64,000 nucleotides of DNA from Vicinamibacterales bacterium (lineage in GTDB: Bacteria > Acidobacteriota > Vicinamibacteria > Vicinamibacterales > CAVVIG01): contig DASRGT010000017.1 in assembly GCA_035650895.1 (NCBI GenBank), positions 25,130 to 89,129 of the forward strand. The letters run 5' to 3'. The position numbers and the translations under genes are program-made. Positions 7,555 through 16,315 of this stretch are shown here, one piece after another. Under the pieces are notes generated by a model, which worked only from the letters and a program-made list of their open reading frames with translations, was not told the origin of the DNA and searched no databases. Every line of letters starts with the position of its first letter. Position 1 is the stretch's first letter.

Positions 7555-8703
7555 ATGTCGATCTCAATGCGCGCGCTCGCGGTGGCGGCTCTCGTCGCGA
7601 CGCAACAGAACCCCTTTCCGGGCGGCACCAACCCCGACGGATCGCTGCGCCCGACGCCGCCGGTGACGCGGCTGTTCACGCAGGACGCGTACACCGAATA
7701 CGCGATCCTCGAGCCGGGCAGCGAATCGTTTCGGATCAAGTTCCTGCCGGAAGAGACGCGCGCGGGTGCGACCGAGCTGGGCAACGCGACACGCGGCGGC
7801 AGCGAAGGCTCCGACATCGAGGTCTTCGATCCGCGAACGGGCAAGCCGCTCCCGTTCGCCTACGAGCAGGACAAGAACGATCCGGACACGCACGCGATCC
7901 ACGCGAAGCTGCCGATCCCGGTGCCGCAGGGCGGCGTCGGCCGCGTCCTGATCTACAAGACGTACAAGGATCCCCGCACCTACATGATGCACGGCGACGA
8001 CATCGTCTGGGTGAGGAGCCTCAGCGGCTATCGCCTGGGCGTCCTGCTGCCGCGAGGCTTCGCCTTCATCTCGTCGAACGTCGCCGCGCAGCTCTCGACG
8101 ACGGCGGACGGCCGGCTCAAGCTGGCCTTCGCGAACCCGAGCGGCCAGAGCAACCCGGTGACGATTCACGCGCGCAAGACGACGGCGAAGCTCGAGCCGA
8201 CGCCGTACACCGACATGTTCTTCGACGACATGAAGACGCTGTACGACCTCGGGGACCCGCAGCGCGGACAGATCCACGTCGACCAGACCTACAGCGACTA
8301 CCGCAAGGGCCCGGCCGCGACGCTCGACTCCCTGTCGTATCTGCGGATGCCCGACGCGAAGGTCGTCGATCTCGACACGGCGAAGCCGCTGCGGATCTCC
8401 AAGACGCAGATGACGTCGACGGCGGCGCTCGACGTGCCGATCGCCGACGACCGGCAGAGCGCGCACCTGCAGATCACCGGCACGCTAGAAGACGGCAGCT
8501 ACAAGCTGGCCGGCGACGAGCTGCAGTTCGAACGGGTGATGCGCGGCCTGCGGAACACGATCCTGCTGCCGGCCGGGTGGGATGTGACGGCGGTCTCGCA
8601 GTCGGGGACGATCGGGACCTATCAGGGCCGCCAGTTCGTCGCGCTGATCAACCTGAACGCGGAGAACCAGTACACCGTCCGGCTGCGGGCACGTCGGCGA
8701 TAA
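7555..8703 (+). CDS. Hypothetical exported protein
   Basis: ORF 7555..8703, ATG confirmed. N-terminal hydrophobic stretch MRALAVAALVA. No motif recognised. 42 nt upstream of an ADOP permease. Confidence 0.6.
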   Translation: MSISMRALAVAALVATQQNPFPGGTNPDGSLRPTPPVTRLFTQDAYTEYAILEPGSESFRIKFLPEETRAGATELGNATRGGSEGSDIEVFDPRTGKPLPFAYEQDKNDPDTHAIHAKLPIPVPQGGVGRVLIYKTYKDPRTYMMHGDDIVWVRSLSGYRLGVLLPRGFAFISSNVAAQLSTTADGRLKLAFANPSGQSNPVTIHARKTTAKLEPTPYTDMFFDDMKTLYDLGDPQRGQIHVDQTYSDYRKGPAATLDSLSYLRMPDAKVVDLDTAKPLRISKTQMTSTAALDVPIADDRQSAHLQITGTLEDGSYKLAGDELQFERVMRGLRNTILLPAGWDVTAVSQSGTIGTYQGRQFVALINLNAENQYTVRLRARRR

Positions 8704-8745
8704 CGGCACTCAACCTTCGATTGGCGGCGATCGTCTAACCGGCAC

Positions 8746-11160
8746 ATGGCCGATCTCCGCTACGCCTTCCGCATGCTGCGCAAGCAGCCGATCTTCACGA
8801 TCGTCGCCGTGCTGACGCTCGCGCTCGGGATCGGCGCCAATACCGCCATCTTCAGCCTCTTTTACCAGATCCTGCTGAGGCCGCTGCCGTACGCGCAGGC
8901 CGACCGGCTGGTGATGGTGTGGAACAGCTATCCGGGCAGCAACCTGCTCCAGGCCTCGGTCTCCATTCCCGACTACCTCGAGCGGAAGACCCAGGCGCGG
9001 TCGCTCGAAGACGCCGCGCTGATCACCGTCCGGAACGCGAATCTCAACGAGGGCGGCGTGCCCGAGCAGGTGCGCGCCGCGGCGGTGACGCCGTCGTTCT
9101 TCTCGACGATCGGCCGCGCGCCCGCGATCGGCCGCGCGTTCACCGAGGCCGATGCGACGCCGGATGCCGATCGGTTCGCCGTGCTGATGTATGGCCTGTG
9201 GGCGTCGCACTACGGGTCGGATCCGTCGATCGTCGGGCGCGACATCCGCGTCAACGGCGAGGCGTATCGCGTCGTCGGCGTGATGCCGGCGGACTTCGAA
9301 GTGCCGGCGCGCGACGTCGCGATGCTGGTGCCGTTCGCCTTCACGCCGGCGCAGATGTCCGACAACGGCCGCGGCAACGAGTTCAGCACGATGGTCGCGC
9401 GGCTGCGGCCCGGCGCGACGCTCCAGACGGCGAAGGCGGACTTCGACGCGATCATCGCGCGCAACAGCGCGCGGCTGCCCGCGCTGCGCGGCTTCTGGCA
9501 GACCGCCGGATTCACCGCCTATGCGATCGGACTTCGCGACCAGATCGTCGGCGACGTGCGCACGCCGCTCTACATCCTGCAGATCGGGGTCGTCCTCGTG
9601 CTCCTGATTGCGTGCGCGAACGTGGCGAACCTGCTGATGATGCGCGCCACGGGCCGCCTGCGCGAGCTCGCGATTCGCGGCGCGCTCGGCGCCGCCAGGC
9701 GGCGGATCGTCTCGCAGCTGCTCGTGGAAGGGCTCGTGCTGGCGGCGATGGGCGCGGTGGGTGGACTCGCCGTCGGCTACGCGGGCCTGCACGCGCTGAT
9801 CGCGCTGAGCACGACCCGAATCCCCGGCTCGCCGCACGCCGCGCTGCACCCGCCGGTGCTGCTGTTCACGATGGCGCTCGCCCTCGTCACCGGCATCGTG
9901 TTCGGCATCGCCCCGTCGCTGACGGTGCTGCGCGGGAACACGGCGGCGTTCCTCAAGGACGACAGCGCCCGCGGCACGGCCGGCCGCGGCACCGGCGCCA
10001 CGCGTGCGGCGCTCGTCGTCGTCGAAACCGCGTTTGCGGTGATGCTGCTCATCGGCGCCGGCCTGACGATTCGCAGCTTCGCGCGGCTGCAGCGCGTCGA
10101 TCCGGGCTTCGCGCCCGAGAACGTCCTCACCGCCCAGGTGGCGCTGCCCGCAACGCGGTATCCGGATGTCGCCGCGCGCGGCGCGTTCTGGACGCGGCTG
10201 GTCGACCGCGTGCGCGCGATTCCCGGCGTGGTCGCCGTCGGCGCGACCTCCAACGTGCCGTTCAACGGCATGGTCGGATCGGGGTCCTACTCGATCGTCG
10301 GCCGGACGATCGCGGCCGACGAAGCGGCGCCGCACGGCCGCCAGGAGGTCGTCGGCGGCGACTACTTCCGCGCGATGCACATCCCGCTCGTCAGCGGCCG
10401 CGTCTTCAACGACGGCGACGTCGCGTCGGCGCCGCGCGTCTGCGTCATCGACGCGTACCTCGTGCAGAAGTACTTCCAGCATCAGAACCCGCTCGGGCAG
10501 CAGATTCAGAACGGCCAGACCTACACGATTGTCGGCGTGGTGGGCTCGATCAACAGCATCGATCTCGGTCAACCGGTCACCAAGGAGCGCATCTACTACG
10601 CGGCGGCGCAGCGCGCGCCGCAGGCGATGGGCCTGGTGGTGAAGACCGCGATGGATCCGCTCACGCTCGTCACGCCCGTGCGCGCGGCGCTGCAGGCGAT
10701 CGATCCCGAGCAGCCGATGGCCGACGTGCGGACGATGGACGAATGGATCGCGCGGTCGCTCGAGACGCGGCGCGCGCCGACGACGCTGCTCGCGGTGTTC
10801 GGCGCGGTGGCGCTCGCGCTGTCGGCGATCGGGATCTACGGCGTCATCGCGTTCGGCGTCGCCCAGCGGGCGCGCGAGTTCGGCATCCGCCACGCGCTCG
10901 GCGCCGACGGCGGGACGATTCTCGCGCTCGTGCTCTCGGAAGGCATGCGGACCGCCGGCCTCGGCGTCGCGCTCGGCCTGGCCGGCGCCTTCGCGTCGAC
11001 GCGCGCGCTGGACTCGCTGCTCTTCGGCGTGACGACGCACGATCCCGCGGTGTTCGCCGCGGTGGCGGCGATGCTGCTGGCGGTCGCCGCGGCCGCGTGC
11101 TACGTGCCCGCCCGGCGCGCGACGAGCGTCGATCCGATGGTGGTCCTGCGCGAGTCGTAA
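8746..11160 (+). CDS. ADOP-type (MacB/FtsX-like, duplicated) ABC permease, no adjacent PadR
   Basis: ORF 8746..11160. N-terminus MADLRYAFRMLRKQPIFTIVAVLTLALGIGANTAIF. Two FtsX-like 4-TM blocks. C-terminus YVPARRATSVDPMVVLRES. Confidence 0.85.
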   Translation: MADLRYAFRMLRKQPIFTIVAVLTLALGIGANTAIFSLFYQILLRPLPYAQADRLVMVWNSYPGSNLLQASVSIPDYLERKTQARSLEDAALITVRNANLNEGGVPEQVRAAAVTPSFFSTIGRAPAIGRAFTEADATPDADRFAVLMYGLWASHYGSDPSIVGRDIRVNGEAYRVVGVMPADFEVPARDVAMLVPFAFTPAQMSDNGRGNEFSTMVARLRPGATLQTAKADFDAIIARNSARLPALRGFWQTAGFTAYAIGLRDQIVGDVRTPLYILQIGVVLVLLIACANVANLLMMRATGRLRELAIRGALGAARRRIVSQLLVEGLVLAAMGAVGGLAVGYAGLHALIALSTTRIPGSPHAALHPPVLLFTMALALVTGIVFGIAPSLTVLRGNTAAFLKDDSARGTAGRGTGATRAALVVVETAFAVMLLIGAGLTIRSFARLQRVDPGFAPENVLTAQVALPATRYPDVAARGAFWTRLVDRVRAIPGVVAVGATSNVPFNGMVGSGSYSIVGRTIAADEAAPHGRQEVVGGDYFRAMHIPLVSGRVFNDGDVASAPRVCVIDAYLVQKYFQHQNPLGQQIQNGQTYTIVGVVGSINSIDLGQPVTKERIYYAAAQRAPQAMGLVVKTAMDPLTLVTPVRAALQAIDPEQPMADVRTMDEWIARSLETRRAPTTLLAVFGAVALALSAIGIYGVIAFGVAQRAREFGIRHALGADGGTILALVLSEGMRTAGLGVALGLAGAFASTRALDSLLFGVTTHDPAVFAAVAAMLLAVAAAACYVPARRATSVDPMVVLRES

Positions 11161-11162
11161 CG

Positions 11163-11230
11163 GGTACCTGGCACGTACCTGGTACGTACCAGGTACGTAC
11201 CTGGCACGTACCTGGCACGTACCAGGTACC
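11163..11230. repeat. GTAC-rich tandem/palindromic repeat: six 11-bp units GTACC(T/A)GG(C/T)AC, equivalent to two 33-bp units, flanked by GGTACC
   Basis: Read directly. Units start at 11164, 11175, 11186, 11197, 11208 and 11219. Segment 11175..11196 is a perfect 22-bp palindrome. The repeat fills the gap between convergent genes. Confidence 0.9.
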
Positions 11231-11233
11231 GCG

Positions 11234-12493
11234 TCAGCGCGGACCGGCGGTCGCGGTCGCAGGCTCGGCCAGCAGCTGCTCGGTCAGCTCGCGCAGCTCC
11301 TTCTTCAGCCGCACGTGCTCCTCGCCGGTCGCCGGGCTCGCGAAGCCGGCGTGCACGGTGCGCACCTTGCCGTCGCGCCCGAGATAGATCGACGTCGGGT
11401 ACGCGCCGAAGTTGACGAGCTGCGGCAGCGCGTCGGCGATCGTCTTCGATTGCGGCGTCGGGCTCGTCGTCCCCGCGTACAGCATCGGGTACTGGATGTT
11501 GTAGCGCTTCATGAACGCCTGCACGCGCGGACGGTAGTTCTTCGGGTCGGGATCGTTTTCGAACATCAGGCCGACGATCTCGAGCCCCTTCGCGTGGAAA
11601 TCGCGGTACAGCTCGCCGAGGAACGGCGCCTCGTCGTGACAGTTGGGGCACCAGCTGCCGCCGATCGCCAGGATGACGACCTTGCCGCGGAACTGCGGAT
11701 CGCTGCTCGACACCATCTTGCCGGTGATGGCGTCGGCGAACGCGAACTGGAAGGGCGCCGTCGGATCCTTGACGTTCGTGTAGCGCGACGGGTCCGGCGG
11801 CTCCGGGATGCCCTTGGCGCGCGCCATGTCGCTGCGCATCACCGTGTAGTGCGCGTTGCCGTTGTAGGTGACGGCGAGCGAGCCGTCGGGGTTCGGCGTC
11901 GCTTCGAACAGCGTCGGACGTTCGCCGGAGAAGTGGCTCAGCGTCAGCCGGCCGTTCTTCCAGTGCCCGACCAGCGTGCCGACGTCGCCGTCGACGCGCA
12001 GGACGGAGCCGGACACCTCGGACCCCGACTGGCGGAGAAACACGTTCCACGTGCGCGTGTCGCGCGGCGCGGTCACTTCGGATTCGAGGCGCCGCATCTC
12101 CCAGTAGCCCGCGACCTGCGGCACGTTGTCGGCGTCGGCCGACACCGCGACGAACCGCTTCATCCGCACGTCCTGCGGCCGCGCGTTGGGCCGGTTGTTC
12201 CGGTAGGTGCCGACGAGCTCGTCGCCCTTCTGCGTGAGCTCGAGGATCGTGTTCAGGAAGTCGTACTCGAACCGGAGGGTCCCGTCGGCCACCGTGCCGG
12301 CCGTCGATCCGATCCTGCGATCGCCTTCGAAGAAGAAGCCCTGGGGCTGGGCGCCCTTCGTGTCGATCTCGAACCGGAACGGCACGTCGGTGCCGCTCGC
12401 GGCGATGACGGCGTCCCACAGGCCGTCGACGGTCGCCGCGCGCATCGGCGCGACGATCAGGAGCGCGGCGGCGATCAGCATCACTTTGCGCAT
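11234..12493 (-). CDS. Exported TlpA/redoxin-family thiol-disulfide oxidoreductase with a duplicated N-terminal beta-rich domain
   Basis: ORF 11234..12493. Signal peptide MRKVMLIAAALLIVAPMRA. Two GxW-type repeats, then GGSWCPNC. Confidence 0.8.
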   Translation of the reverse strand: MRKVMLIAAALLIVAPMRAATVDGLWDAVIAASGTDVPFRFEIDTKGAQPQGFFFEGDRRIGSTAGTVADGTLRFEYDFLNTILELTQKGDELVGTYRNNRPNARPQDVRMKRFVAVSADADNVPQVAGYWEMRRLESEVTAPRDTRTWNVFLRQSGSEVSGSVLRVDGDVGTLVGHWKNGRLTLSHFSGERPTLFEATPNPDGSLAVTYNGNAHYTVMRSDMARAKGIPEPPDPSRYTNVKDPTAPFQFAFADAITGKMVSSSDPQFRGKVVILAIGGSWCPNCHDEAPFLGELYRDFHAKGLEIVGLMFENDPDPKNYRPRVQAFMKRYNIQYPMLYAGTTSPTPQSKTIADALPQLVNFGAYPTSIYLGRDGKVRTVHAGFASPATGEEHVRLKKELRELTEQLLAEPATATAGPR

Positions 12494-12504
12494 AAGACCC
12501 CTTG

Positions 12505-12522
12505 GCAGCCCGGACGGGCTGC
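12505..12522 (-). terminator. Hairpin GCAGCCC-ggac-GGGCTGC after the M28 peptidase stop
   Basis: Perfect 7-bp stem between the stop at 12524 and the next start at 12493. No U-tract, so it may only attenuate or stabilise. Confidence 0.35.
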
Positions 12523-12523
12523 G

Positions 12524-14128
12524 CTACGGCTGCGATGAACCCCTGGCCGCCGACCGCTGCGCCGTCGGCAGCACCTTGCGCGGCAGCTTCTCGTCCCGCA
12601 TCGCCGCGTCGTACGCGAACGCCGCGATCACGGTCGCCTGCTGGACCATGTCGTCGCGCTGCACCCGGTCGAACGTGTCCATGTTCGAGTGGTGCGTCCG
12701 CGAGTTGTACTCGAGTCGATCGACGAGGAACTGGAATGCCGGCACGCCGATGTTGTCGAACGACACGTGGTCGGTCTGCGCGACGGAGCGCGGCGACAGG
12801 ATCGTCACGCCGAGATCCTTCAGCGGCGCGATCCACTGTTCGAAGACCGGCCGCACCGCGAGGTTGCTCTGCATCCAGACGCCGCGCACTTTGCCGCTGC
12901 CGTTGTCCGAGTTGAAATAGGCGGCGAGCTTCGCCTGTTCCGGCTTCAGCGTCATCGTCTCGACATCGCCGAGGTGCTCGGCGACGTACGCCTTCGACCC
13001 GAGGAGCCCCTGCTCCTCGCCGCCCCACAGCGCCACGCGGATCGTCCGGCGGGGCCGCACGCCGACCGCTTTCAGGATCCGCACCGCTTCCATCATCGCC
13101 GCGCTGCCGGTCGCGTTGTCGGTGGCGCCCGTCGCATAGGGATGGGAGTCGAGGTGCGCGCCGAGCAGGACGACTTCCGACGCGAGATCGGTGCCAGGCA
13201 GCTCGGCGATCGTGTTGATGCCGTTCATGCCGGCGCCTTCGTCGTAGTACTTCGTCTCGACGTTCAGCTCCACCTTCGGCCGCAGCCCCTTGTCGAGAAG
13301 CCGCACGAGCCGGTTGTAGTGCTCGACCGCGAGCGTGACGCCGGGCACCGCCGTGCCGGCGCGCTCGTCGCGCGCGAAGCCGCCGGACGGAAACACCGTG
13401 CCGCCGTCGGGATGCTGCTGCTGCCACGACAGCGTGCTGCCGCCGTCGGCCATGTCGCTGTCGCTGCCGCGATCCAAGGTGGCGACGACGCCTTCGCTGG
13501 CGTAGAACGCCTCGACTTTGTCGCGGAACGCCTGGGCCGCGGCGCCTCGGCCGCCGCCGGGACGCGCGGCCGGCACCGGCGTCTCCTCCGCCTCGCGCGT
13601 CCACCGGTCGTCCATGCGCAGGATGTTCGGTCCCTCGTACATCCGCACGCGCCGCTCCGGCTGCGTGAGCACGATCTTGCCCGCGAGCGTGCCGCGGTAC
13701 TTGTCGAAATCGTTGTCGGTGGCGATCTGGACGCGCACGACGTCCGCGGTGATCGTTCCCCGGGTGCCCGACGACCACTCGCGCGGGTAGCCGACGATCG
13801 TCTGCACCTGCGGCTCGACGAGCTGCGCGCTGAAGCGGACGAGCGACCATCCCTTGCCGAACTTCCACCGCTCCTGGTGGACGTTGGCGAGACCCCAGTC
13901 GCGGAACTGCTTCATCGCCCACTCCGACGCCTGCTGCATCGCCGGCGATCCCGTGAGCCGCGGCCCGTACACGTCGCTCAGCCACGCCACGTGGTCCATC
14001 ACCTGCGACCGCGTCAGCCCTTCGTCGCGGATCTTTCCGATCGTGGCGTAGTCGATCTTTTCGGTCTGCGCGACGCCGACGGCGACGAGGGACGCGACGG
14101 CCAGCGCGGCGACAGGCAGTGTTCTCAT
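12524..14128 (-). CDS. Exported M28-family aminopeptidase with a PA domain
   Basis: Internal ATG (MRTLPVAALAVASLVAVGVA) of ORF 12524..14275. LLGAHLDSHPYATGATDNATGSAAMME, ALWGGEEQGLLGS. Confidence 0.8.
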   Translation of the reverse strand: MRTLPVAALAVASLVAVGVAQTEKIDYATIGKIRDEGLTRSQVMDHVAWLSDVYGPRLTGSPAMQQASEWAMKQFRDWGLANVHQERWKFGKGWSLVRFSAQLVEPQVQTIVGYPREWSSGTRGTITADVVRVQIATDNDFDKYRGTLAGKIVLTQPERRVRMYEGPNILRMDDRWTREAEETPVPAARPGGGRGAAAQAFRDKVEAFYASEGVVATLDRGSDSDMADGGSTLSWQQQHPDGGTVFPSGGFARDERAGTAVPGVTLAVEHYNRLVRLLDKGLRPKVELNVETKYYDEGAGMNGINTIAELPGTDLASEVVLLGAHLDSHPYATGATDNATGSAAMMEAVRILKAVGVRPRRTIRVALWGGEEQGLLGSKAYVAEHLGDVETMTLKPEQAKLAAYFNSDNGSGKVRGVWMQSNLAVRPVFEQWIAPLKDLGVTILSPRSVAQTDHVSFDNIGVPAFQFLVDRLEYNSRTHHSNMDTFDRVQRDDMVQQATVIAAFAYDAAMRDEKLPRKVLPTAQRSAARGSSQP

Positions 14129-14189
14129 CTCGGTTCTCGTGTCCCTCCGGGCGCGACCGAACGCCGAGGTTACATGATACGCTCCGGCC

Positions 14190-15077
14190 ATGCGAATGGC
14201 CGCCGTTCTTCTCGTGCTCGGCCTCGCCGGGCCCGACGTCATCCGCACGGGCGACATCACGGTTCGCGGCCTCACGGCGGGCGATTTTCCGCGCGTCCAG
14301 CGGCTGGCGACAAACGTTTACACCTTCGAGCAGATCGATCCGACCAAACGCACGGTGACCGTCAACAACCTCATCGTCACCTCGGAGTCGGGCGTGCTCG
14401 TGGCGGAGGGGCAGGGGACCGACGCCAACGTCGCGCTGCTGAAGGCCGCGGTCGCTCGACTCACGGCTCAGCCGATCAAGTACGTCGTCGTCGGATCGGA
14501 GCACGGCGACCATACCGGCGGCGACGCGGCGTTCGGGCCCGACGTGACGTTTCTCGTCCACCCGAAGTCGAAGGGCGCCGTCGAGCGCCGGCTGCGGGGT
14601 CCCATCGAAACGGTCGCGGACACCCGCGTGCTGCGTCTCGGGACGACCGAGGTCGACGTCCTGTTCCTCGGGCGCGCCCACACCGGCGGCGATCTCGAGG
14701 TGTACCTGCCGCAGCCGAAGATCCTGTTCATGAGCGAAGTGTTCTCGAACCGGATCTTCCCGTCGATGGCCAACGGCTACCCGAGCGAGTGGATCGCCAC
14801 GCTGCGGAAGGCCGAGCGGCTGGCGCCGGCGTGGTTCGTGCCGGCGCACGGCTTCGTCGATACCGCCGCGATCCTGTCGGAGGAAGAGCGGAACTACCGC
14901 GCCGCGATCGAGCGCATCGTCGCGGAAGGCACGCGGCTGCACGACCGCGGCGTCGACGTCGAGACGGCGGCGGCGGGCGCGGTGCTCGAGCCGTACGACG
15001 CGTGGACCCGCGCAGGCAACAACGCGTACCAGGCGATCAAGCGCGTGTACACCGAGCTGGATGGAGGGCTGCAATGA
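14190..15077 (+). CDS. Exported MBL-fold metallo-hydrolase (paralog class of 6044..6937)
   Basis: ORF 14190..15077. VVVGSEHGDHTGG motif. Its stop overlaps the next ATG (ATGA at 15074..15077). Confidence 0.8.
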   Translation: MRMAAVLLVLGLAGPDVIRTGDITVRGLTAGDFPRVQRLATNVYTFEQIDPTKRTVTVNNLIVTSESGVLVAEGQGTDANVALLKAAVARLTAQPIKYVVVGSEHGDHTGGDAAFGPDVTFLVHPKSKGAVERRLRGPIETVADTRVLRLGTTEVDVLFLGRAHTGGDLEVYLPQPKILFMSEVFSNRIFPSMANGYPSEWIATLRKAERLAPAWFVPAHGFVDTAAILSEEERNYRAAIERIVAEGTRLHDRGVDVETAAAGAVLEPYDAWTRAGNNAYQAIKRVYTELDGGLQ

Positions 15078-16264
15078 ACCGACGCGAATTTCTGGCGGCG
15101 ACGGCGGCGGCGTCGCGCGTTCGTCCCGCGCACGCGTTCGGCTCCCGCGCGGCCGACCGCGCGTCGTGGCGCGCCGATTTCCCGGTGACGCAGGCGTCGA
15201 CCTATCTCAACTCCGCCGCGATGCATCCGCTCAGCGTGCCTGCGGCCAGGGCGCTGCAGGAGTACATCGACGCGCAGGTGTACCGCCGCACGCGCGACTT
15301 CGACGCGGAGCGCCAGGCCGAGCTCAAGCAGCGTTTCGCCGCGCTCGTCAACGCGCGTCCCTCGGAGATCGCCTTCGTCCAGAACACGTCCGACGGCGAG
15401 AACATCGTCGTCATGGGCATGGACCTCGCGCGTCGCGGCGGCAACGTCGTGCTGGACGAACTGCATTTCGAGACGTCGCTCTACATGTACAAGACGCTCG
15501 AGGCGAAAGGGCTGCGGCTGCGGGTCGTCAAGCACCGCGGGTGGAGGATCGATCTGAACGACATGGACCAGGCGATCGATCGCGAGACGCGACTCGTGTC
15601 GATGGCGCTCGTGTCCAACGTCAACGGCTACCTGCACGACGCGCGCGCCATCGCGGATCTCGCGCACGCGCGCGGCGCGTACGTGTTCGCCGACCTGGTG
15701 CAGGCCGCCGGCGCCGTGCCGGTGGACGTGCGCGCGATGGGCATCGACTTCGGGTCGACCGCCACCTACAAGTGGCTGATGGGCGAGCGCGGCTTCGGGT
15801 TTCTCTACGTCCGCGACGACCTGCAGGACACCGTCGTCCCGACGACGAGGTACGGACACCGGCAGCTGGCGAAGTTCGATCGCGTGGGCATCACGTGGGA
15901 ACCGCTGCCGGGCGCGGCGAAGTACGAAACGGGCACGATCCCCAACGCGCTGGCCGCGTGCGCGTCGCGGTCGCTGCAGTACATCGCGGAAATCGGCGGC
16001 GTACCGGCGATCCGGGCGCACGCACGGCCGCTCGTCGAGCGCCTGCAGACCGAGCTGCCGAAGAAGGGCTACGCCCCCGTGACGCCGCACGGGACCGAGA
16101 CGCCGATCGCCGCCTTCGAGGTGCGCGACGTCGCCGCGGTGCAGCAGAAGCTGCAGGCGGCGAACGTCTCGGCGACGCTGATCCCCGACGAGAAGCGGCT
16201 GCGACTGTCGGTGTCGGTCTTCAACAACGACGAAGACATCGATCGCGTCGTCGCCGCGCTCTAG
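15074..16264 (+). CDS. Class V aminotransferase-fold PLP enzyme with a Tat-type signal
   Basis: ATG 15074 inside ORF 12689..16264. MNRREFLAATAAA twin-arginine motif. TYLNSAAMHP, ALVSNVNGY, STATYKWLMG (PLP Lys). Confidence 0.8.
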   Translation: MNRREFLAATAAASRVRPAHAFGSRAADRASWRADFPVTQASTYLNSAAMHPLSVPAARALQEYIDAQVYRRTRDFDAERQAELKQRFAALVNARPSEIAFVQNTSDGENIVVMGMDLARRGGNVVLDELHFETSLYMYKTLEAKGLRLRVVKHRGWRIDLNDMDQAIDRETRLVSMALVSNVNGYLHDARAIADLAHARGAYVFADLVQAAGAVPVDVRAMGIDFGSTATYKWLMGERGFGFLYVRDDLQDTVVPTTRYGHRQLAKFDRVGITWEPLPGAAKYETGTIPNALAACASRSLQYIAEIGGVPAIRAHARPLVERLQTELPKKGYAPVTPHGTETPIAAFEVRDVAAVQQKLQAANVSATLIPDEKRLRLSVSVFNNDEDIDRVVAAL

Positions 16265-16274
16265 CGGGCCCGAC

Positions 16275-16313
16275 GCTGCGCACGGCCGGACGACGTGTCC
16301 GGCGGCGCGCAGC
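16275..16313. terminator. GC-rich nested hairpin between convergent genes
   Basis: Outer stem GCTGCGC/GCGCAGC and inner stem CCGGAC/GTCCGG, read directly between the stops at 16264 and 16316. Confidence 0.45.
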
Positions 16314-16315
16314 AT

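Noticed and set aside
8710-11040. Very long ORFs antisense to, or out of frame with, the called genes. Examples: 8710..11040(-), 1437..3671(+), 11100..15074(-), 16295..18445(+), 18511..20916(-), 27473..30772(+), 32462..34519(-), 48869..52030(+).
   Set aside because: Their translations are Arg/Ala/Gly/Pro-rich and low in complexity, with no motifs. The opposite or alternate frame encodes proteins with clear family signatures. Long stop-free shadow frames are expected in high-GC DNA.
11163-11230. The GTAC-rich repeat considered as a CRISPR array or a coding repeat.
   Set aside because: It has an 11-bp period with no unique spacers, spans only 68 bp and has no cas genes. It lies outside both flanking ORFs. 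It is kept as an intergenic repeat or hairpin element instead.
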